NCBI GenBank assembly: GCA_051362555.1
Contig: CM120640.1
Location: forward strand, 61,358,788-61,422,787
DNA: 64,000 nucleotides
Direction of reading: 5' to 3'
Source: Lingula anatina
Lineage: Eukaryota; Animalia; Brachiopoda
Shown: positions 50,141 to 61,017 of the stretch, one piece after another
How positions within the stretch are numbered: the stretch's first letter is position 1
Layout: each line of letters opens with the position of its first letter
Made by a program: the position numbers and the translations under genes
Notes under the pieces: generated by a model
The model's database searches: none
What the model saw: only the letters and a program-made list of their open reading frames with translations
What the model was told of the DNA's origin: nothing

Positions 50141-53100
50141 TAATTGTACCACCAGCGTAGGCGCTGGCGGTACACATGGTTTTAGTCCCGACCCGTATGT
50201 TCCGCCGGCTCCGCCGGCTCCTGCGGCTCCTGCGGCTCCGCCGCCAAGTCACCGTTACCGCTTCTCCTCCTAGACGGTAAGGGCCTCCATACCCTTCTCT
50301 TGGATTTAGGTCACCTATAATCTCAACTCGTTCCACGTAAAATTTGGGCTTTGTCGGTATTGGGGTCTAGGTGTGGCACTCATTGCAATGCACCCTTGTC
50401 CAAAAATGGCAAAATTAAATGCTAATTATCTCCCCTACGGAAGGAATTATGGGAAAAATTTCTACAGACAGCTTTCCAAAAGTCATATGTGTAGATTTCA
50501 AATATGCCCTTGGATTTGACCTTTGACCTTTATTTCAAGGTCAAAGGGGCCAAAATTTTCAAAAAAACAAAATTTTTGCTGAAAAAAAAATTATTTGCGG
50601 TCTTATTCAGACACCACACAGACTTAACTAATAATATTAATGGAAAGTGTTACCCTTCGGGTCATCTTTCATCTCCGTGAATTTGGGGTCAATCGGTGCA
50701 TTTTCACGGGAGTAGCGGCCATAAGATATCGAAACTGAAAACTGTCTCTAATTCGGGAACCGTTAATGCTAGACACCCATTCTTTTTTGCATTTTGTAGA
50801 GCATGTAAAGCCCAACACTGGAGGTGGTCTCCGTTTTTTTGTATTCCATACGGTTTTCGAGTTACGTTGTATCAAAAAGTACATATTGGTGGTGAAAGCA
50901 AAATGTGCAGTACGGTAATGGATAAAAAATTTTGAACTCCGGAAAAATAAAACATAAGGCTTGGCAAAGCAGACAACTTGTGGTCAAAAATGACATTATT
51001 TCATCAAATTTGAACATCTGGAACTTCAGAGCACCTCCCATTTCAAGAATTTTGACCAAAATGACCTTTTCTTTATTTTAATTAATTTTTTCTGTAGGAA
51101 ATTTATGGCACATTATGATAACTCCAAAATTATAACATTTAGTCCCTTATATCTCCAAAACTGGCAGAGATAGGTCCATAGTTACTATTGAAGTTGAATA
51201 GGAAGTCATATACTGGCAATCTAAATGTGACCTTAAAATTGACCTTTGACCTACTTTTCACCATGAACTGAACTTTGCAAATTTTGCTTCCTTTTTATCT
51301 CCAAAACTGGCAGAGATAGGTCCATAGTTTCTATTGAACTTGAATAGGAAGTCAAATGCTGGCAATCTAAATGTGACCTTAAAATTGACCTTTGACCTAC
51401 TTTTCACCATGAACTGAACTTTGCAAATTTTGCTTCCCTTTTATCTCCAAAACTGGCAGAGATAGGTCCATAGTTACTATTGAAGTTGAATAGAAAGTCA
51501 TATACTGGCAATCTACATGTGACCTTAAAATTGACCTTTGACCTACTTTTCACCATGAACTGAACTTTGCAAATTTTGCTTCCCTTTTATCTCCAAAACT
51601 GGCAGAGATAGGTCCATAGTTTCTATTGAACTTGAATAGGAAGTCATATACTGGCAATCTACATGTGACCTTAAAATTAACCTTTGACCTACTTTTCACC
51701 ATGAACTGAACTTTGCAAATTTTGCTTCCCTTTTATCTCCAAAACTGGCAGAGATAGGTCCATAGTCTCTATTGAACTTGAATAGGAAGACATATACTGG
51801 CAATCTAAATGTGACCTTAAAATTGACCTTTGACCTACTTTTCACCATGAACTGAACTTTGCAAATTTTGCTTCCCTTTTATCTCCAAAACTGGCAGAGA
51901 TAGGTCCATAGTCTCTATTGAACTTGAATAGGAAGTCATATACTGGCAATCTACATGTGACCTTAAAATTGACCTTTGACCTACTTTTCACCATGAACTG
52001 AACTTTGCAAATTTTGATTCTCTTTTATCTCCAAAACTGGCAGAGATAGGTCCATAGTTACTATTGAAGTTGAATAGGAAGTCATATACTGGCAATCTAA
52101 ATGTGACCTTAAAATTGACCTTTGACCTACTTTTCACCAAGAACTGAACTTTGCAAATTTTGCTTCCCTTTTATCTCCAAAGTTACGCTGTATCAAAAAG
52201 TACATATTGGTGGTGAAAGCAAAATGTGCAGTACGGTAATGGATAAAAAATTTTGAACTCCGGAAAAATAAAACATAAGGCTTGGCAAAGCAGACAACTT
52301 GTGGTCAAAAATGACATTATTTCATCAAATTTGAACATCTGGAACTTCAGAGCACCTCCCATTTCAAGAATTTTGACCAAAATGACCTTTATTTTAATTA
52401 ATTTTTTCTGTAGGAAATTTATGGCACATTATTGTAACTCCAAAATTATAACATTTAGTCCCTTATCTCTCCAAAACTGGCAGAGATAGGTCCATAGTTA
52501 TTATTGAAGTTGAATGGGAAGTCATATACTGGCAATCTAAATGTGACCTTGAATTTGACCTTTGACCTACTTTTCATCATGAACTGAACTTTGCAAATTT
52601 TGCTTCCCTTTTATCTCCAAAACTGGCAGAGATAGGTCCATAGTCTCTTTTGAACTTGAATAGGAAGTCATATACTGGCAATCTACATGTGACCTTAAAA
52701 TTGACCTTTGACCTACTTTTCACCATGAACTGAACTTTGCAAATTTTGCTTCCTTTTTATCTCCAAAACTGGCAGAGATAGGTCCATAGTCTCTATTGAA
52801 GTTGAATAGGAAGTCATATACTGGCAATCTTAAAGTGACCTTAAAATTGACCTTTGACCTACTTTTCACCATGAACTGAACTTTGCATATTTTGCTTCCC
52901 CTTTATCTCTAAAACTGGCAGAGATAGGTCCATAGTTACTATTAAACATGAATAGGAAGTCATATACTGGCAATCTAAGTGTGACCTTGAAATTGACCTT
53001 TGACCTACTTATTATCATGAACTGAACTCTGCTAATTTCTTTCTCTTTTAACTCCAAACCTGGCAGAGATAGGCCCATAGTTACTATTGAAGTTGAATAG

Positions 53101-53368
53101 GAAGTCATATACTGGCAATTTACTGTGACCTTGGAATTGACCTTTGACCTACCTTATGATGAACTTAACTTTGATCGTACCATTTTTAGTAATATATATA
53201 TTTTTTGCATATTTTGAAAATTCTTGTTGATTGCATTTTTACAGCTTGTCAAGCACAAGACTGGTGGCTGTGTTCCTTATTTTGTATATGTGGGGGTCTA
53301 TACGAATGCGCTTGCTCCAGCTGGTGGTACAATATTCGGAGGCGGTATCGCCTCTCTGATCCTCTAGT
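50141..53368 (+). mobile_element. Full HINE/Helentron-like family A element with 146-bp tandem array
   Basis: 5' subTIR ATTGTACCACCAGC plus adjacent inverted copy (hairpin 50145-50174), 9-mer CCGCCGGCT/CCTGCGGCT microsatellite, core, ~12 units of 146 bp, 3' subTIR GCTGGTGGTACAAT (53320-53333), hairpin 53339-53354, CTAG-TTT end; no transposase ORF. Confidence 0.87.
51151..53172 (+). repeat. 146-bp tandem array: 7 units, a ~290-bp core re-duplication, then 4 units plus 1 partial
   Basis: ATCTCCAAAA recurs at 51151, 51297, 51443, 51589, 51735, 51881, 52027, 52173 and again at ~52467, 52613, 52759, 52905, 53050. Confidence 0.95.
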
Positions 53369-53500
53369 TTGGGTGTGATTCTGCTGGTAATTTCCTAGAT
53401 GTGGGTTTTAGTATAAATTATGTTTTATCTCTTTCCTGAATATAGTTTCAGTATAAATTGTATAATTATTTCATCTCTTTTTCAGAAGCATTATGGTGAG

Positions 53501-54345
53501 ATGGCTTTTTGTCGAGGGAGCAAGTGGCATAAAATCCAGTTTGTCATAGCAGTTGCTACCATTCTTATTTTTGTCTTTGGTTTAAAAGAGAGGAAGGTGA
53601 ATATTTTCTCAAAGTTAGATGGTTATGGCAGAGAACAAGGACGTAGTCTTAGTTCCCTTAATTATGACTACAGAAATGAGAACCATGTTTGGTACGACAA
53701 GAACATTCCACTGATATGGATAGGTGGAGTACCCCGCAGTGGCACCACCCTGGCGAGGGCAATGCTGGATGCTCACCCAGCTATCCGCTGTGGGGAGGAG
53801 ACACGGGTTATTCCTCGGGTACTTGGCATACATGGACAAATGGCCAATTCGAATTTAGAGATGACCCGGCTTCAAGAAGCCAAAATAACTAGTGATATTT
53901 TGGATGGTGCATTAGGTGCTTATATCCTCAGTATTATTGCACATCACGGTGAGCCTGCTCCAAGACTGTGCAATAAAGACCCATTTGCCTTAAAACACAT
54001 CAAAAAGCTTTCACAAATTTTTCCAAATTCTAAATTTATCCTCATGATACGAGATGGCCGGGCCACTGTGCATTCCATAATAACACGTAAAGTTACAATC
54101 AGGGGGTTCAACACAAAGTCATGGGATTTGGCTTTGAAAGACTGGAACAGGGCCATAAAGACAATATATGACCAGTGTGTGGCTGTGGGTAATAAACAGT
54201 GCCTGCCTGTTCATTATGAACAACTTGTGCTACATCCAAAGTCAGAAATGGAGCGGATTCTCAACTTTCTGAATGTGCCCTGGAATGACAGCGTGCTCCA
54301 CCATGAAAAGTCCATTGGAAAACCAGGAGGTGTTTCTTTGTCAAG
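53501..54345 (+). CDS. TPST: TPST coding exon 1
   Basis: Acceptor TTTTTCAG ending at 53485, ATG 53501 (MAFCRGS...), donor AG|GTATT at 54346. Confidence 0.93.
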
Positions 54346-54766
54346 GTATTGAATGAGTGGGAAATTTATGCTAATTGTGCTAATAATTCAAAAGAAGTAA
54401 TCATGTTATTTTCAACAATCTCTGAATGTTAAATATGTTAGTGTCAGAAGGTTAATATGACAACTGTTGGATGATTGAATTTGGGAATAATTAAAGTTTT
54501 TAAAATTTTCAGTAGCTTTTTCAATTCTTAGCGAGCAGTTAAGGGAAGAAATTATTATTTTTATTATCTGTAATACTTAAGTTGCTCACTGTTTAGAATG
54601 CAATTATGGGGCTTTGTACCTAAATAACTGGCTGACTTAAGATCAGAAAACCAGTGAGTGCATTGCATACCCACAAGTACCAGATGTCATTTATATTGAT
54701 TTGTATGTAATTTAATGTGAATTCTCTATTGCTTCTTGTATCTGTAATTTTGCCATTTTTACTTTT

Positions 54767-54812
<46 letters not shown>

Positions 54813-57123
54813 TGCAATGTTGTAAAGTGCATGAAGGAAGAGCAAATATAAATATGTAGGACTTTCTAACAACATCACTGAAAATGGATATGTGACTTAA
54901 TTGTACCACCAGCGTAGGCGCTGGCAGTACACATGGTTTTAGTCCCGACCCGTATGTTCCGCCGGCTCCGCCGCCATGTCACCGTTACCGCTTCTCCTCC
55001 TAGACTACAAGGGCCTGCGTACCCATCTCTTGGATTTAGGTCACCTATAATCTCAACTCGTTCCACGTAAAATTTGGGCTTCATCAGTGCTGGGGTCTAG
55101 GTGTGGCGCTCATTGCAATGCACCCTTGTCCAAAAATGGCAAAATTTAATGCTAATTATCTATCCTACGGGAAGGAATTATGGGAAAAATTTCTACAGAC
55201 AGCTGACCGAAAGTCATATGTGGAGATTTCAAATATGCCCTTGGATTTGACCTTTGACCTTTATTTCAAGGTCAAACGGGCCATAATTTTCAAAAAAATT
55301 AAATTTTTTACGAAAAAAAAATTATTTGCGCTGATATTCAGAAACTACACAGACCTAACCAATAATATTATTGGAAAGTGTTACCCTTTGGGTCATCTTT
55401 CATCTCCGAGAATTTGGGGTCAATTGGTGCATTTTCACGGGGGTAGCGGCCATAAGATATCGAAACTGAAAACTGTCTCTAATTCGGGAACCGTTAATGC
55501 TAGAGACCCATTCTTTTTTGCATTTTGTAGAGCATGTAAAGCCCAACACTGACGGTGGTCTCCATTTTTTTGTATTCCATACGGTTTTCGAGTTACGCTG
55601 TATCAAAAAGTATGTATTGGTGGTGAAAGCAAAATGTGCAGTACGGTAATGGATAATAAATTTTGAACCCCGGGAAAATAGAACATAAGGCTTGGCGAGG
55701 CAGACAACTTCTGGTCAAAAATGACATTATTTCATGAAATTTGAACATCTGGAACTTCTGAGCACCTCCCATTTCAAGAATTTCAACCAAAATGACCTTT
55801 TCTTTATTTTAATTAATTTTTCTGTAGGAAATTTATGACACATTATTGTAACTCCAAAATTATAACATTTAGTCCCTTATATCTCCAAAACTGGCAGAGA
55901 TAGGTCTATAGTTACTATTGAAGTTGAATAGGAAGTCATATACTGGCAATCTAAATGTGACCTTGAAATTGACCTTTGACCTACTTTTCATCATGAATTG
56001 AACTTTGCAAATTTTGGTTCCCTTTTATCTCCAAAACTGGCAGAGATAGGTCCGTGGTTACTATTGAACTTGAATAAGAAGTCATATACTGGCAATCTAA
56101 ATGTGACCTTGAAATTGACTTTTGACCTACTTTTCATCATGAATTGAACTTTGCAAATTTCCGTTCCCTTTTATCCCCAAAACTGGCAGAGATAGATCCA
56201 CAGTTACTATTGAAGTTGAATAGGAAGTCATATACTGGCAATTTACTCTTGCCTTAAAATCGACCTTTGATCTACTTTTTACCACGAACTGATCTTTTCA
56301 AATTTTCGTTCCCTTTTATCTCCAAAACTGGCAGAGATAGGTCCATAGTTACTATTGAACTTGAATAGGAAGTAATACACTTGCAATCTGTGACCTTGAA
56401 ATTGACCTTTGACCTACTTTTTATGATGAACTGCTTTTTGCATGTTTTCTGGCCTTTAAATTTGCAAAATTGGCAAAGAAATGCCCATGGTTACTATTGA
56501 ACTTAAAGCAATAATAACTCTTCGTTTCGGCCAAAAAATGAATTTTCCTGGAGTAAACAACAATTTTCCCATGCTTACCAATGGTTAATGAATCCATTTT
56601 TACATTCAAAGTTAGTCCCTGGTTTTTTTCTAAAAAGTTTGGTTTTTTGTTAAAATCTCTTAAGAGATTTTAACAGAGTATAGACATCAATGGAGGTCAC
56701 GTGGTCTAAAGACAAGTTCAAATATCAGAATAAAAGCTATAACTGCTGTTTTTGTGGTAAAACAGAATATATTATATTTCTATGAGTTATTCACAAGGTT
56801 TTTATTGTGAAATATAGGTCTCATACAAAGAGTTATTATGCCTTTAAAAGAAATTCATATACTATGATATTAAAATTGACCTTTGACCTCCTTTTTCACC
56901 ATGAACTGAGCTTTGCATATTTTATTGCCTCTCATATCTTAAAAACTAGCAGAGATGTGCCCATTGTTGCCGCTAGGTTTTCTCTTTTGTCAGCATGTAT
57001 GCACCACTGACAACACATTTCAAGGAAAACCAATAGGCCTTTTGTCTAGAGAATCACAGGAGTGATCAATGGTAGGAAAATGCAAGTCAATTCGAAAATC
57101 TGCTTGATTGTACCATTTTTAGT

Positions 57124-57160
<37 letters not shown>

Positions 57161-57855
57161 TTTGTTTTTTTTTTTTTTTTTTTTTTTGCATATTTTGATA
57201 ACTCTTGTTGATTGCATTTTATAGAGCTTGTCAAGCACAAGACTGGTGATGGTGTCCCTTTTTGGAGGGGGGGGGGGGGGTCCATACGAATGCGCTTACT
57301 CAAGCTGGTGGTACAATATCCAGAGGCGGTATCGCCTCTCTGATCCTCTAGTTTGCTTTGAGATTGGTTCTCACTGATACATACCAAAAACCAATAAATT
57401 ATCATTTTGAACACTTTTTAGCAGGAAGTAAGAATATTATATGTAATGAGTATTTTAAAATTGAGCAAACACGCTCTTATAGGCTCTTATGTAATTTAAC
57501 TATATACATAACTTTTTTCATCCCTGTCCTCACTAGAAAACCGGGTGGTTACCTGAGACTCTGGAAACATCTTTCTTTTAAAAAATAAAGGATGATGTTC
57601 ACCAAAAATTGGTCAACCCTTCTAACTGTGTCTTAATGCAGTGGTATTATATATAATTGTATTGTATTTTCTTAACATAGGAAGGAACTGTCTACTGACC
57701 AAGTGAACAAACCTTTGAATAAGGATGCTCTGTGGAAATGGGTGGATCATATCCCACAGAATACAAGGGAAAATATTGGCAAGATTGCACCAATGCTTTC
57801 TGTACTGGGCTATGACATTACAAGTAAGAGGCCAACCTATGAGAAAGACAAGTAA
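53501..57855 (+). CDS. TPST: Tyrosylprotein sulfotransferase (TPST family), two coding exons, 339 aa
   Basis: Type II TM anchor, then [13 protein letters not shown] (5'-PSB), CGEETRV, LCNKDPF, MIRDGRA (3'-PB), STDQV..P, APML..LGYD. Exons 53501-54345 and 57681-57855 join in phase 2. Confidence 0.95.
54767..54803. repeat. (TTTA)n microsatellite
   Basis: direct reading. Confidence 0.85.
54898..57352 (+). mobile_element. Second full family A element, inside the TPST coding intron
   Basis: Same termini and core as 50141-53368; 146-bp units at 55881, 56027, 56173, 56318; nested MITE; family-B-like unit near the 3' end. Confidence 0.87.
56507..56843. mobile_element. Second copy of the 337-bp TTAA MITE, nested in family A element
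   Basis: TTAA at 56503-56506 and 56844-56847; collinear with 6222-6558 with only scattered differences; interrupts a 146-bp unit that resumes afterwards. Confidence 0.88.
57681..57855 (+). CDS. TPST: TPST coding exon 2 (terminal)
   Basis: TAG acceptor ending at 57680; [26 protein letters not shown]...[11 protein letters not shown]...DK*; AATAAA at 57962 and 59471. Confidence 0.92.
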
Positions 57856-60688
57856 TGATCGAAGGAATCAACTGTTTAAGACCACCCGACTTAACAGTAT
57901 TGTATGAAATTAGAATGAAAGACCTTACATCAATCAAAATTGATTAGAAATTCCTAAAGGTAATAAAACATTGATTGTAGACTACCTAACAACATGTTAA
58001 GAAACCATTTATTGAAGATTAGAGAATAACACATTTGCTTTATTGTGAATTCTGTAGATTTGTTGTAGTATGCTGAAGTTTCACTTCTTCCATCTAGTCA
58101 GAATATTACTGAATGAAGACACTTACCTATTTTGTTAATGAGAAGGGCAGTCCTTTTGCTTTCATGTCACTCAGAGGGAAAGATGTAACTTTGATCTTTT
58201 TATTCCTGTATGACAGTTTATTAAAAATTGATAGCTGCATGAATAGGTAATACAGATAGCATTTTAATGTTGCTTCCAACACCATGTCAAATTCCTTGAA
58301 TATGGCACTCAAGTCATCCATCAGGAAAAAAAAAGGTATTTTTTATATTCAGTTAACACAGTCAACTTATTGCCTGATCTATCATCTATTGTAAACTTTG
58401 AAAATGTTTTGTATACATATAGGATTAATGGATATATAGATAAATATTGGTTTATTTTTAATGACCTTCTTTAATTTTCTTGGTTTATCTGACCTTTGTA
58501 CATTTTATGTTAGTTTTTTATGCTTTAAATAGTTTTCCAGTGCAGTGGTAAATTGGTATTTTACAAAAACAAAAATTCCTATGATTAAATATACTAGTTT
58601 AAGTGTCACTGCTTAGATAATTTCAGGATCAGATCTGGTAACAGAATGCTGACTTTATCTTAGTGTCTACGCCAGAGACAGGCGTCTACACGTTTTCTCT
58701 GCAGTAACAAATAATGTCATATTATGGGCAGGTTTGGTCATGCTTTGCTATATATCTCTCTGCATGTATCAGCAGATTCATTATACAGTGACAGTGGTAT
58801 GTGCTATTTTAACTTACTATATAGACTAGTTATTTCTTAGATAAAATCTTTTCCATTTTGCAAGACAATCTTCATTTACAATATATAAGTAAAAAATATG
58901 TTAATATAACAACAAAACTAAAAGGACAATAATCTCACAATCAGGCAAACAGTGCAATAGATATCATGTTCACCTCTGTCATATGCTCTAAAGAAAATAT
59001 TCCACAAATCTGCTCAACAGGTACATTTCTTTGAAATTGGTCTCTTGAGGTACAGTTTCCTGTGTTGGAAATTGGATTGCCATCCACTGATGGAGATTGA
59101 ATGAGCAGTCACAGATGAAGCCTCATCAGCTGCATTTCCATTTGACATGTGCATATTTCCGTAAAACTAGAAGACACATGCTACATGCAATATACATAAG
59201 AGATTCGGCTCCTGTGATAGCTAACTACAACAGATATCCTCTCTTTTGCAATGTATCAGTTCAAATGAAAAAAGATGTATTAATGAAAGGTCATTGTGGA
59301 GCATATTTTATGTAGTCTTTTATGTAGTTTATTTATATGTCATTCCATGTAACCAAACCCCACCTCAATATAAACAGACAGGAATATTTATGACTCAACA
59401 TGAAACATATTTGAATATATATTATATATATATTGAATAACTGTATTACATATAGTCTTTACTGTATTTTAATAAAGTTAATCTTAAAATAAGTTTAATA
59501 TTTTTGTATTGTTTAAAACCTTTTATCTGTTTAACATGTATCAGTGGTCACAGGTCAGTAGGTACAGATGAATGATGAAATAGCACAAAGTATTTTGATA
59601 TATGGAATAGCATTAACTTTTTTTGATCACAGCAAATTGTTCAAAGTAAATTTCAAATAACACTGCATGTACAGGTTCATACTGGCATTGAAAGCTAAAC
59701 ATCACTACGTAATTTCTCTCTTTTCTGACACGACATGTTATCCAATGTTTTCTGACAGATGTGACAAGATAAAGCCATTATGGTAGATCCTATTGATTTT
59801 TCCAGCAGAGGTTTACTGTATAGTGTAGTAGCATTCATGAGAACCATTCTTCTCCTAATGTCATCCGCTCTATGAAATGAAACATTGACGTCAGTTTTGA
59901 AATGTGGTCGTCATTAGTTTAATCAAATGGAACAATAACTGTGCTTGTTTCACCTTTCCTACTGATACGAAGAGAATAGAATTTTATTTTGTACTAATGC
60001 ACATTAAGTAGAGCACCAGGCCTGGGTGAGGCCTATGAAACTGTTTACAAAATAAATGGATAAATAAACAGCTACAGAGTATACAAACGGTCTTTCCTCG
60101 TGTGGTACGTTTTTATTTAAATCTTGCCAGACCCCCCCCCCCCCCCCTTTTTATTTTTCATTTGAAAATTTTAGACAAGAAATTCGTTGTCAAGTAAATC
60201 ACAGAAACTATCAGACTGATGAAAGCAGTTAGATGAAAGAGACCGTTTTCGCAGAAAGCAAAGAGCACTTCAGCTTCGATCCCTCCGAAAATTCTTTTCT
60301 CCAGTGGGACACCTACAAATCTCTCAGTTTGATCATGCAATGGCAGTAGGCCTATCCCAATTCTTGGCCAGGAATGATTTCATTTGACAAGGACATGTAT
60401 CTTTAAATGTTCGTTTCGTGCAGTTCGTTTTCTGAAGTTTGTTTATTTCTTTTTAAGTTTGTATTTTAAAGGAATACTCAACCTTTCTTATTAGTCATAT
60501 GTGAGACATATGACTTCTAGAAATGTTGCATGCCACAGTAATATCAAAAGTTCATTGTTGAGTGTATAACTAAGTTCTGTATTTTAACCCTTACAGTTAA
60601 AAAATTGGCAGTTCGCTTGACCATTCATTTTCGTTATTTAGCGAAGATTTCGTTATTTACTGGAGGTTATGAGCTTTCAACGGAGATT

Positions 60689-61017
60689 GCAGTAGATGTG
60701 CTTCGGCGGCTGTGACCAACGTGTTTGGCGCGTTACATCTCTCCCATAAAAAAACTGCTGATGTTAGGACACTCCTGTTGCATCGTCGAACTACAGTTAC
60801 ATCGCTTTGAATTTGAATGGTAAATTCTCTATTATTTTCATTTTTGTTCAATGTTATTATTATTATTATTGTTGTTGTTGTTGTTAATGACCATAAACTC
60901 TATCCACTTTGTGCAGTAGATGTGCTTGGACGGTTGTAACCATCGTGTTTGGCATCTCTCCCATAAAAAAACGTGCTGGTGTTAGGACACTCCTGTAGCA
61001 TCTTTGAACTACAGTTA
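60689..61017. repeat. Two diverged ~110-bp direct repeats separated by a (TAT)n(TGT)n tract
   Basis: GCAGTAGATGTGCTT...CATCTCTCCCATAAAAAAAC...TGTTAGGACACTCCTGT...GAACTACAGTTA at 60689-60799 and 60913-61017. Confidence 0.8.

Noticed and set aside
51151-53172. Regular repeat array resembling CRISPR
   Set aside because: Units are contiguous and near-identical with no unique spacers, there are no cas genes, and the context is eukaryotic
53420-53500. N-terminal extension of the 310-aa ORF
   Set aside because: Bases up to 53485 are the intronic polypyrimidine tract and acceptor; the terminal Y-stop of that ORF is also intronic read-through past the donor at 54346
50669-55790. Repeated short ORFs (MVKILEMGG..., 149-aa ORF at 55103) as a possible transposase
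   Set aside because: They lie in the non-coding core of family A, are broken by frameshifts between copies, and lack Rep/helicase or DDE motifs
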